39,357 nt of DNA, taken from positions 1 to 39,357 of the forward strand of contig JBBQDJ010000001.1 of the NCBI GenBank assembly GCA_038319595.1. Reading direction: 5' to 3'. The notes below the pieces were generated by a model. The model had not been told where the DNA came from, did not search any database, and saw nothing but the letters and a program-made list of their open reading frames with translations. Position numbers and translations under genes: made by a program. Origin of the DNA: Verrucomicrobiales bacterium. GTDB lineage: Bacteria > Verrucomicrobiota > Verrucomicrobiia > Verrucomicrobiales > Akkermansiaceae. Each line of letters begins with the position of its first letter. The stretch's first letter is position 1. This document shows positions 17,479 through 26,145 of the stretch, in pieces.

Positions 17479-18519
17479 TTACTTCCAACAGCCGGACGTC
17501 ATGATGTTAGCCTTGATCAGTGACTGGGTTCCTTCATAGCGCGTGGATACCGGCGAGAAGAGGGAGTAATTTTCGGAGGTTTTCAGTTGATCGAGATATT
17601 TCTGATACTCCTTGGAGTCGTTGTAGTGATTCTTGTGATGGAGTGCGTGGTCGATTTTCTCTTGGAACGAGGAAACGAATTTGAAATGCAGCAAGGCTCC
17701 CGTCGGCTCATGGTATTTCTTGTGCGCGTGGTTAAGCATCGCCGGATAGGCGACATGGGTGCTCAGGTAATAGGCGAAGCGCGAATGCCATTTGATCAAC
17801 GGAGTTTTGTTCAGTGCGGGTGCCGCGCTGAAGTTCTCCGTGTTGAACGCGCGCAAGCGGGGGCCGCCGCGAACGAAGGTGTCCTCGTGTCCGCCCTTGA
17901 TCGAGTAGTAGCCGAATTGGTCGAAATACGGTGCGTATTCCAGTGGAGCCCTGCCCGGCGGAACATGCGCATCCATGATCGGCCCTTGCGGATACATATC
18001 CACGAGCTGGGTATAGAAGCTGAGCCGCTCGGAGTCGGTTAGAAACGCAAGCAGCTCGCCATACGAACGGCTTTCCATGAACGGATAGACGAAGAACTCG
18101 TCGAGATCGACGGTCAGCGTCCAGTGGCCAACGGCATGGGCACCGAGGAGCGCATTCATCCAGTCCACGCCGAAGCGGGTATCCGCGTAGGCCTCTTCGG
18201 AATGCCACAGGGAGGTGTCGCTCTCGTTGGCGAGGACGTCGGCCATCGGCGGATCCGACTGGTTGTCGACAAAGAGGAAATGGTCGATTCCGAGGTTCCG
18301 GTAATACTCAAGGAAATAGGGAATGCGGCTGTTCTCGTCCCGCCCCATGGTCATGAGCAGCTCGGCTCCCGGCTTGATGAACTGGGTCCGGTCATACACC
18401 GGGGTGAGATGGTTGAACGCCCGTGCCGCCCGCCGTTTCATTTCCTTCACCGCAGGATGCCAGAACAACCGTCGACGTCTCTCGTGGAGCGGGTCAAGAA
18501 TTCGGGTGACCGGTGACAT
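17479..18519 (-). CDS. GT-A glycosyltransferase (Glyco_tranf_2_4-like)
   Basis: RDENSRIPYFLEYYRNLGIDHFLFVDNQS, RFGVDWMN, WTLTVDLDEFFVYP, DMYP, GGPRLR, LNKTPL, LLHFKF. Confidence 0.85.
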   Translation of the reverse strand: MSPVTRILDPLHERRRRLFWHPAVKEMKRRAARAFNHLTPVYDRTQFIKPGAELLMTMGRDENSRIPYFLEYYRNLGIDHFLFVDNQSDPPMADVLANESDTSLWHSEEAYADTRFGVDWMNALLGAHAVGHWTLTVDLDEFFVYPFMESRSYGELLAFLTDSERLSFYTQLVDMYPQGPIMDAHVPPGRAPLEYAPYFDQFGYYSIKGGHEDTFVRGGPRLRAFNTENFSAAPALNKTPLIKWHSRFAYYLSTHVAYPAMLNHAHKKYHEPTGALLHFKFVSSFQEKIDHALHHKNHYNDSKEYQKYLDQLKTSENYSLFSPVSTRYEGTQSLIKANIMTSGCWK

Positions 18520-18537
18520 TGCTGCAAGGCATTGGTT

Positions 18538-19779
18538 CTATGAAGGACACGAGGGGGCGGAAAGGCTGGATGAATCCGGGGGTGAGTCGAGTCTTAATTC
18601 AGCTGCCACAGCCGCTAGATACTGCCTCTGCAGCTTGCCACATTGCGAATCCCACAGCGCGCTGCCACTGCAATCCCAAGCGATTTTTTCCAGATCCAAA
18701 AGCACGCGTTCCCAGATACAGGCTTCGATCTCGCCGACTGGAAATGTCGATTTCCCGAATTTCCCGATGTAGTGGATCTGACTGCGAACAACGACGACCC
18801 GGCCTTCCGGATCGAAGCCGGGCGTGCGGGCGGTATTCGATCCGAGCCGGTGAAGCACCTTGCTGTCCGGTGAGATCGCGCATTGGAATCCGGCAGTGAG
18901 CGCCCGCCGGACCAAGTCGGTTTCCTCGAGAAAATACTGATAGAACGGATCGAACCCGCCGATGACTTCTAGCATGGAGTTGCGGAATGCCATGTTGCAG
19001 CCGGTGGCGGTGAGGAATGCGCGCTGCGGACCGAGCTGTTGGATTTTTTCCCGGGCCGCTGAGGCATCCTCCAGCCAGAAGGCACGGCCGAGCGTGTCAG
19101 CTACGACATAGCGGTTCAGGTAGTGCTGTCCGTTGCCATCGAGCACGAAACCCGCCGAAATCCCGACCTTGGGATCCTCGTCCAGCGGCTGAAGTAACGC
19201 ATCAAGCCAGCCCGCCGCCGGCGAAGCGTCATCATCGATGAAAGCAACAAAACGTCCGGATGCCGCTTGCAGTCCGAGATTTCTCGAAATGGCGAGGTTT
19301 CGCTCGGGGCAATGGATCAACTGACACGGGACCGGTGAGCGGCTGACGATTTCCTCACTGAGGTCAGCGGTGGGGCCGAGCACGACGATGAGTTCGTCGG
19401 CGGAGTTCCAATCCGCCTTCAAGGAGGCAAGTGTTAGTTCCAGGTCCGCCGCACGGTCCACCGTATTGATGATGACGGAACAGCGCTTGGAGCCCGTCCG
19501 TAGTGCTATGAAATGGGGGGGGGTCGTGACCGGACTGATTCGGGACCAGGTCTCTAACGCGATCTTAAAATCACGTCCACAGTCGTGTTTCAGGATTTCC
19601 ACGATCCATTCGGCCTGCTGCGGGCTTTTGATACGCGCGATGAAGCGCTTGCGGCCGACACGAAGATATTTGGCAACTGCGGAAACCTCGCCCCATCGCC
19701 CGAGGAGTCGCCCGAGGCGACCACGCCGGGGAATTCTTAGAAGGTCATGGCCATCCACGGCGGCATTGCTACTGGTCAT
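18538..19779 (-). CDS. GT2 glycosyltransferase with a ~95-aa N-terminal extension
   Basis: SVIINTVDR, ELIVV, NLAISRNLGL, VAFIDDDA (DxD), GCNMAFR, GGFD..LEETDL. Confidence 0.88.
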   Translation of the reverse strand: MTSSNAAVDGHDLLRIPRRGRLGRLLGRWGEVSAVAKYLRVGRKRFIARIKSPQQAEWIVEILKHDCGRDFKIALETWSRISPVTTPPHFIALRTGSKRCSVIINTVDRAADLELTLASLKADWNSADELIVVLGPTADLSEEIVSRSPVPCQLIHCPERNLAISRNLGLQAASGRFVAFIDDDASPAAGWLDALLQPLDEDPKVGISAGFVLDGNGQHYLNRYVVADTLGRAFWLEDASAAREKIQQLGPQRAFLTATGCNMAFRNSMLEVIGGFDPFYQYFLEETDLVRRALTAGFQCAISPDSKVLHRLGSNTARTPGFDPEGRVVVVRSQIHYIGKFGKSTFPVGEIEACIWERVLLDLEKIAWDCSGSALWDSQCGKLQRQYLAAVAAELRLDSPPDSSSLSAPSCPS

Positions 19780-19823
19780 GAGCTTTCCGACACAAGGACG
19801 GAGTTGCCGGCAGGGCGGGCAGA

Positions 19824-21197
19824 TCAGGATTCCTTTTCGGGCTTGGAAGACGCCTTTGGATAGTCCGGGAAGAACTCCTTTCGGAACGGCTCAGGCCACT
19901 GAATCCTGCAGCGCCCTGCAACATCGAAACATCTCTGGGAGAGGGTTCCCCGGCCTTGGCTGGTCGCGAGAAGAAGATTGATGAAATGCCGCACCCGCGG
20001 GCCCTTGGGGCGCTCCGCCTGGGTCCAGAAGGCATCGAGGCCGTCCTGATAGGTCAACTCGACCAAGTCATATACGGCGATTCCCAGGGTGATCACCGGC
20101 ACATGGTGAACCAGCCCGGAAATACCCACCGAGCTGTTGATATTCACCACCCCGCGCGAGTGGCCGAGCAGCGTCGGCAATTGCACCCGGTCAACGTAGA
20201 AAATCCGGCCACCTCCGAGGCGATGGTCGAGGCCCGCGATGAGATCGGTGTAGTCCTTGTAGCCGCGGTCCATCGGGTGGACCTTGAAAACCAGCTTGGT
20301 ATCCGCCGGGGCGAATTTCTCAAACGAGCGCACCACTTTTTTAATGAACTGCTCGATCGATTGGAAATCCGAGCATTTCGTGATCTGAGTATCACTGTGA
20401 ACCTGCAGGGGCACGGCATAATACTGCCCGGACCATTCCCCGGCGAAGATCGGATCCATTTCGCAATCTCGGGTGCGTTCGAGGGAGCGCCAGAGGTGGA
20501 TCACGCCGTGTTTGAAATGGCTGCCGAGTTTCATTTCCCGCTGGTCCACGAAGTTTGGGAACAACGGTGAAGTGACCCGGCTGAGGAAAAAGTTCGTGCA
20601 GAAGGCCAGCAGCTTGGCGGTGGTGCTGACTTGGCAAAGGGCCGTTGGCGTCTCCACGTGATCCGGCGGCGGTGCTCCATGAAGCAGTTTCTTCCACGCC
20701 TTCGCCATCGTCGGCAGCGGCAACGTCTTCCGGCTGAAGACCGTCACGCAATTCGGGCGGATCAATCCCAGCTCGAAAACATGACACCCGAGATCCATTT
20801 CCCCGGCGAGGTTCCAAGCCACCTGATTGTAGGGCCGGTAGTGGTTGTAGAGGAAAAACGTGTCGTAGTTTTCGGTTTGGACCAGCTCGCGAAGCCAGGC
20901 CTCAAAGTCCGCCAGCCGCTTGCGATACAGGTGGGTCTGGATACCCCTGAATTTGTAAATCAGGTCAGGCGCGCAGAAAAACACCTTTCCCACTTCATGC
21001 CCGGCATCCTTGAGATCCAACGCCAGCCGCGACATGCCTGCTTCCCAGTCGCCCTGCACAATCAACACCTTCCGCTTGACGCTCTCCTTGGGGCCTCCCA
21101 CATGGTCCATCACATCGGCAGCAGGCAGTGTCAGGGAAGTTAATTCGCCAACGCTTGAGTCCAGACGGAAAGTTCCAACGGAAATTGAGGGCAACAT
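19824..21197 (-). CDS. kpsS: KpsS/LipB/WcbA-type beta-Kdo transferase (capsule lipid-anchor priming)
   Basis: VLIVQG, FELGLIRPNCVT, VPLQVHSDTQI, FKVHPMDRGYKDY, NINSSVGISGL, G.AVYD; the true start may be ATG 21110 (MDHVGG). Confidence 0.85.
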   Translation of the reverse strand: MLPSISVGTFRLDSSVGELTSLTLPAADVMDHVGGPKESVKRKVLIVQGDWEAGMSRLALDLKDAGHEVGKVFFCAPDLIYKFRGIQTHLYRKRLADFEAWLRELVQTENYDTFFLYNHYRPYNQVAWNLAGEMDLGCHVFELGLIRPNCVTVFSRKTLPLPTMAKAWKKLLHGAPPPDHVETPTALCQVSTTAKLLAFCTNFFLSRVTSPLFPNFVDQREMKLGSHFKHGVIHLWRSLERTRDCEMDPIFAGEWSGQYYAVPLQVHSDTQITKCSDFQSIEQFIKKVVRSFEKFAPADTKLVFKVHPMDRGYKDYTDLIAGLDHRLGGGRIFYVDRVQLPTLLGHSRGVVNINSSVGISGLVHHVPVITLGIAVYDLVELTYQDGLDAFWTQAERPKGPRVRHFINLLLATSQGRGTLSQRCFDVAGRCRIQWPEPFRKEFFPDYPKASSKPEKES

Positions 21198-21454
21198 AAG
21201 GATGATTCGTCAAACCATGGGGTTTTGTGCAACTTGGATCTTATTTTTTAGCTCTGATGCAAAGAGCTTCGATGGGGTGATGCGATGGGAAACCCTAAGA
21301 ACTGCCACTGTTCCGTCAACTCTCAAAAGACTGTTTCGAGGCCGGAGCTTATTCAACACCCTCCGCGCCAGTTCGATTTTGATGCCGACGGAACTGCGGC
21401 AGTTTTCGAACGATCGCCTCACCCCGTTGCGGGAAGCGGGAGGAAGGCCGCCAC

Positions 21455-22456
21455 TCACCAGCGGATGGCAGCCGCAGCCCAGGTCAATCCCGCTCCGAAC
21501 ACCACCAGAACGATGTGCTCTCCGCGCTTGAAGGCACCGCTGCGATTCGCCTCGTCGAGGGCGATGGCAACCGCGGCGGCCGAGGTATTGCCGTATTTGT
21601 CGAGGTTCACGAAAACCCGCTCGTTGGGCACTGCGAGCCGGTCAGCGATCGCGTCGATGATCCGCAGGTTCGCTTGATGGGGAATCACGCAGGCAATGTC
21701 CTCGGGCCGCAAGCCGGCCCGCTCGATGACTTTTTCCGCCGCTTCCTTCATCCGGTTGACCGCATGTTTGAAAACTTCCTTGCCCATCATGGTGAGCGAG
21801 AAAAGGTGCTCGTCCACATTGCTGCTGGTGATCGGGCAGGCCGATCCACCGCCGGGAATATTGAGAAGATGCGTCAGGTTGCCATCGGTTCCCATTTCCG
21901 TCGCCAGGATGGCGCCTTCGCCCGGTTTCGCCACCCGCAGCACGGCGGCACCCGCACCGTCACCGAACAATACGCAGGTGGCGCGGTCGTCCCAGTTGGT
22001 GACCGTGGAGAGTTTCTCCGCACCGATGATCAGGGCATTCTTGAAGGCACCGTCGGAAATCAAGCGCTTCGAGATTTTCATCGCGTAGAGAAATCCCGAA
22101 CAGGCGGCGGAAATATCAAACGCCACCGCGTTGAAGGCTCCGAGATTTTTCTGCACGTAACAGGCCGTGGCCGGCGTCGGCGTGTCCGGGGTGATCGTCG
22201 CCACAATGATCAACTCGATGTCCTCGGCGGCGAGCCCCGCCTGCTCGAGCGCCCGCTGAGCAGCTTTGGTCGCCAGATGGGACGTGAACTCATCATCCGC
22301 CGCGATCCGCCGTTCACGGATGCCGGTGCGGGTGACGATCCACTCGTCGCTGGTGTCCACCCGCTTCGCCAACTCGGCGTTGGTCAGGATTTTTTCCGGG
22401 AGATAGCTGCCGGTCCCTGCGATGCAGACCTCGATAGCGGACGTCGATTCACTCAT
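21455..22456 (-). CDS. fabH: 3-oxoacyl-ACP synthase III
   Basis: DTSDEWI..RTGI.ERR, catalytic AACSG, PHQAN, GNTSAA, FGAGLTW. Confidence 0.95.
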   Translation of the reverse strand: MSESTSAIEVCIAGTGSYLPEKILTNAELAKRVDTSDEWIVTRTGIRERRIAADDEFTSHLATKAAQRALEQAGLAAEDIELIIVATITPDTPTPATACYVQKNLGAFNAVAFDISAACSGFLYAMKISKRLISDGAFKNALIIGAEKLSTVTNWDDRATCVLFGDGAGAAVLRVAKPGEGAILATEMGTDGNLTHLLNIPGGGSACPITSSNVDEHLFSLTMMGKEVFKHAVNRMKEAAEKVIERAGLRPEDIACVIPHQANLRIIDAIADRLAVPNERVFVNLDKYGNTSAAAVAIALDEANRSGAFKRGEHIVLVVFGAGLTWAAAAIRW

Positions 22457-22477
22457 GCGGTGGTAAAAGGCACCCTA

Positions 22478-25400
22478 TTACTTCAGGCGGATGTAGCGTT
22501 TTTGACCTTCCACGATCGGAGTGTTGTCACGGACTTTCAGCGTCGTGCCGTTGTCCACGAGAATGGTCGTATGCTTCGCGCCGCTGAACCAATCGACGAG
22601 GTTTGAAGAAACCTGCACCGTGTGTGGCGACAATGCCCAACCCGCGGTTTTCTCGACGGTGAGGACAAGGTATTTGCTGCCATCGGGAGCTGAGACGCTT
22701 TTGATGGTATCAGCGACAGGCGACGTGGCGTTGGCTTGGAGAGGCGAGGTCGGAACCAAAGACGCCGCGGCGGCCGCAGTCCTTTTTCTACTGGCGAATT
22801 TAGAAATGCCGCTGCCGATCAAGGTGACGTCAATTTGGCTTTCATCGAAGTCGTTGCTCTTAATTTGCAGGGCCGCGGTCTTGTCGCCTGCCCCAGCCGG
22901 TTTGAAAGTCACGATAAAATCTTTTTGTGCTCCCGGCAAAAGTTTGGTGACGGGGAACACGGTCTGGCTGAAGGTGCCGGAGCCAGTAAGGGAGATGACA
23001 ATGTTCTTCAACGTAGCCGTTCCCGTATTTTTGACGGTGAAAGTCTTGCTGTAAGTCGAGCCGATTACCACCGGGCCGAAGTCATTGATATCACCATCCA
23101 CCAATTCAGGAGAGAACGGTTGTCTGACGGAGATTTCAGGAGACCCGACGACATTCGCCGTGAGATCGATGCTGAAGAAAGCCTCTGCATCCGGATCCGT
23201 GCTTTCGATGATCAAGGTCGCTGCCTGAACTCCAATCGCGGAGGCCGTGAAGGTCAGGTCGAACGTCGTGAATTGTCCGGCGGTCAGGAATGTCGAACCC
23301 GGTGCCGTGGCGACGTAACTTGAGGCAGCTGCGCCAGCGATCGAAATATTGAGGATTGAGAGATTTCCTAGACCGGTATTTCTGATCGTGAAGGTTCTTG
23401 TCGAGGTGCCAGACAATCCAACGATTCCATAATCCACCGTTGAACTATCATCCACGAGTGGAGTCCCCGCAGGATACTCGACGGCAATGTCAGGCAAGAG
23501 GGCGGTTCCTGTAAGATTGATATCAAAAGGATTTTCATTGGCATCGTTGCTCACGATGTGAATCGCCGCGTTCCGAACTCCGACCGCACTCGGTGCGAAG
23601 GTGACGGTGAAAGTGGTGCTACTGCCCGCCGGCACCACTGCTATGACGGGCTGGCTGAATTTGAAGTCGGAGATATTCACTCCGTCACCGGTGATGGAAA
23701 GGGTCTTGAGATCCGACCCACCCAAGTTTTTGATCACGAAGGTCGTGGAAACGCTCGCAAGTGCGGTGAAATCAATCGTGGACGTCCCATCGACCAAGAT
23801 GGTTGCGGCAGGATACTCGACAGAAATTTCCGGCGCGTTCAACAAGTCACCGTATTCGTAAGCACCCATGTCAAGGTAGGGAGTCAGTACTTGAGGAAGT
23901 GGAACTAGAATGTTTTGCACCCGTGAATAGGCGGCGATATCGGCAGGAGTCAGTTCGGTCACGTCACCATCGCCATCAATGTCCAAAGTGTCTTTGAGCA
24001 AAAAGTTGCGGTACGGGACGAGCCGGCCGCGATTCATGATGGTACTGGTCGTTCCAATCGCCGAACTACCGGCCTTGATGCGCAACCCATCGTCCGCCGT
24101 TCTCCAAAGGTTATCGACACCGTCTGGATCGGCAGCGTTGAAAAACAGCGGATCACCGGCGACGAGGTTATCCACTGGATCACCAATGTAGGAATCCGCA
24201 CCGCGAAACGTGGTGATCGCCAAGGCACGCAGTTTCACCACATTGCGGGCAAACTCCGTGGATACGGGATAATTATCATAGGTGTTTCTCAGCACGCCGC
24301 CCTTGGTCACGCTGATCATATCACTTTGATTGAAGGCACCGGAAGTGGCGACGGTATGCCAGAAGATGTTGTTCGCAATCCGGACAATCCCCATACAGCA
24401 AAGCGCCGCCCCTTTGGAGCCCGTGGTGGCAACTCCGTTGTCCAGGAAGGTGGAGTCCGTGACTAGAAGGGAGGATGAAGTGGAACTTGTCCCGGCCACG
24501 ATGGCGCCACCGCGGATGCCGCTGGTGTTCTTTACGAAAACGCAATTTACCAAGCTCGAAGAACCTTCTTCTGTATAAAGGGCTCCCCCCCCACCGGCAC
24601 CAGTCCCGTCGAGTAGGTCAGCGATGGTACCTGCGGTGCTGAAATTAGCAGAGAAGACGAAATTGGCAGCAACAATAGACCCGCGGATGGCTCCGCCGGA
24701 GGCGACAGTGGACGTGGCGGTATTTGCAGTGAAGGTGCAATTCTTGCCGATCACATCACCTGAAATCGCACCACCCGAAGCATTGGCTTCAAGTAACACC
24801 ACGCTGGTGGTCAGTGTATTGCCGGTGAAAACACAGTTTGTCCCGTTGACGTCGCCAAAAATGGCACCACCACTTGCTCCCACCGCGGCCGTGATTTGGT
24901 TCGCAGTGAATGTGCAATTGGTTGCCGTGACGTTTCCGAAAATCGCTCCACCTTTACAACTGCTTGGCCCTAGGGGAGTAGAGTTGACTAGATTTTGATC
25001 AAAGGTGCAAGTCGTGGCGATGACCCTCCCAGCGGATGAGGAAGAGTCTCCCCCTTCGATCATGATGGCTCCTCCAAACTCCACGGAGCGGTTGTTACGG
25101 AAAGTACATCCCTGCAAGGTCAGGACCTTATCCTTGGTCACGTAGCAAGCGCCGCCACTGTCGTAAGCTGGAATTCTTGGCAGAATCCAAGAGAGTGACC
25201 CGTTCGCGTTGCCATTTTGGAGGGTCAGGCCGTCCAAAGTCGAATCCGCAAGCACTGACGCAACATGAAAGGACGAGTAAAGAATCTGCCCGGGCCAGAT
25301 CTCTCCTGTCAAAATGGTCGGGTTCAACACCGGATTTCGGTCAGTCAAAAGGGATTCCGTGCCGACAAAGCCACCGTAGACTTTTTGCCCTTTGATTTGG

Positions 25401-25735
25401 AAAGACACCTCGCGGTCACCGTAGATTAAATCCGTGTCAATGCCGAGGGTGTTGTCGGGATAATAAGTGCCTTTCGCCACCCAAATCTCATCGTTGGTCG
25501 TCGTGGCCGCCAGCGCATCGCGGAGGTATTTGAAGGCAGTTGCCCAGGAATTCCCGTTGCCAGGGGTGACGATCGCGTCGTTGACGTAAACGGTTTTCGC
25601 ATTCGCAGCACCGCAGCACAGGACCGCCATTGCCAACAGCGCCATTCTACGAATCGGACGGGTTTGGGCCAAGCGGCGCGACCAGCGATTCGAAAAGAGC
25701 GATGCGCCCGACGGGTTAGGGTTCAATTCCATCAT
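22478..25735 (-). CDS. Large secreted/surface protein: GGAI/FxxN beta-helix repeats, a choice-of-anchor-Q-like motif, three ASH/choice-of-anchor-D Ig-like domains and a verrucomicrobial-type C-terminal domain
   Basis: Signal peptide ending ANA-K; VYVND..GNSWATAF..LRDAL; eight GGA(I/L/C) motifs alternating with FxxN; DMGAYEY; three P(E/D)IxV..F.(I/V).N.G...L repeats; C-terminal VQVSSNLVDW..VRD..KRYIRLK. Confidence 0.85.
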   Translation of the reverse strand: MMELNPNPSGASLFSNRWSRRLAQTRPIRRMALLAMAVLCCGAANAKTVYVNDAIVTPGNGNSWATAFKYLRDALAATTTNDEIWVAKGTYYPDNTLGIDTDLIYGDREVSFQIKGQKVYGGFVGTESLLTDRNPVLNPTILTGEIWPGQILYSSFHVASVLADSTLDGLTLQNGNANGSLSWILPRIPAYDSGGACYVTKDKVLTLQGCTFRNNRSVEFGGAIMIEGGDSSSSAGRVIATTCTFDQNLVNSTPLGPSSCKGGAIFGNVTATNCTFTANQITAAVGASGGAIFGDVNGTNCVFTGNTLTTSVVLLEANASGGAISGDVIGKNCTFTANTATSTVASGGAIRGSIVAANFVFSANFSTAGTIADLLDGTGAGGGGALYTEEGSSSLVNCVFVKNTSGIRGGAIVAGTSSTSSSLLVTDSTFLDNGVATTGSKGAALCCMGIVRIANNIFWHTVATSGAFNQSDMISVTKGGVLRNTYDNYPVSTEFARNVVKLRALAITTFRGADSYIGDPVDNLVAGDPLFFNAADPDGVDNLWRTADDGLRIKAGSSAIGTTSTIMNRGRLVPYRNFLLKDTLDIDGDGDVTELTPADIAAYSRVQNILVPLPQVLTPYLDMGAYEYGDLLNAPEISVEYPAATILVDGTSTIDFTALASVSTTFVIKNLGGSDLKTLSITGDGVNISDFKFSQPVIAVVPAGSSTTFTVTFAPSAVGVRNAAIHIVSNDANENPFDINLTGTALLPDIAVEYPAGTPLVDDSSTVDYGIVGLSGTSTRTFTIRNTGLGNLSILNISIAGAAASSYVATAPGSTFLTAGQFTTFDLTFTASAIGVQAATLIIESTDPDAEAFFSIDLTANVVGSPEISVRQPFSPELVDGDINDFGPVVIGSTYSKTFTVKNTGTATLKNIVISLTGSGTFSQTVFPVTKLLPGAQKDFIVTFKPAGAGDKTAALQIKSNDFDESQIDVTLIGSGISKFASRKRTAAAAASLVPTSPLQANATSPVADTIKSVSAPDGSKYLVLTVEKTAGWALSPHTVQVSSNLVDWFSGAKHTTILVDNGTTLKVRDNTPIVEGQKRYIRLK

Positions 25736-25741
25736 GCAGCG

Positions 25742-25769
25742 TGGTTACCAGATTGGTCGAAGCCCGCAA
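25742..25769 (-). promoter_or_regulatory. Putative promoter of the surface-protein gene
   Basis: Minus strand TTGCGG, 16 nt, TAACCA, 6 nt before ATG 25735; an inverted repeat GGGAAATTT-N17-AAATTTCCC lies upstream at 25787-25821. Confidence 0.35.
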
Positions 25770-25890
25770 CCAGAATCATCCAAAAGGGGAAATTTCACGT
25801 TTCGATGTGGTCAAATTTCCCTACATCGCCCGCGCATCAGGACGGGTGTGAAATGACTCCTTGGCTTGCGCGTCCGAGCCGTGGGGTGAC

Positions 25891-25978
25891 TTGGACTGCG
25901 TGCAGCCTGCTGCGAGCCGGATGGCGAGATGGCATTCTCCCGGACATTCGACCTCCACTCCGGGCCAGCAGGCTTGCA
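25891..25978. repeat. Degenerate REP-like element (TTGGACTGC family)
   Basis: TTGGACTGCGTGCAGCCTGCTG with partner CAGCAGGCTTGCA; 14-nt inverted match to 35773-35786. Confidence 0.5.
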
Positions 25979-26108
25979 GGTGAATCGCAAATCCTCATGC
26001 GCGGCATTCTAACAAATCAAGAATGGGTTAGCGTGGCACGACCATCGATGGGTCCGGCTCCGACTTTGAAAAATTTCCCAAAAAATGTCATTCACCGACA
26101 AGCGCCTG

Positions 26109-26137
26109 TTGCCATCTCCAAGTAAAGCTGGTAGGCG
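26109..26137 (+). promoter_or_regulatory. Putative promoter of the SprT gene
   Basis: TTGCCA, 17 nt, TAGGCG, 8 nt before ATG 26146. Confidence 0.4.
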
Positions 26138-26145
26138 TTCTCTCA

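Noticed and set aside
21210-21458. 82-aa ORF between fabH and kpsS
   Set aside because: No recognisable motif and atypical composition; more likely kpsS promoter or leader DNA, though a small protein is not excluded
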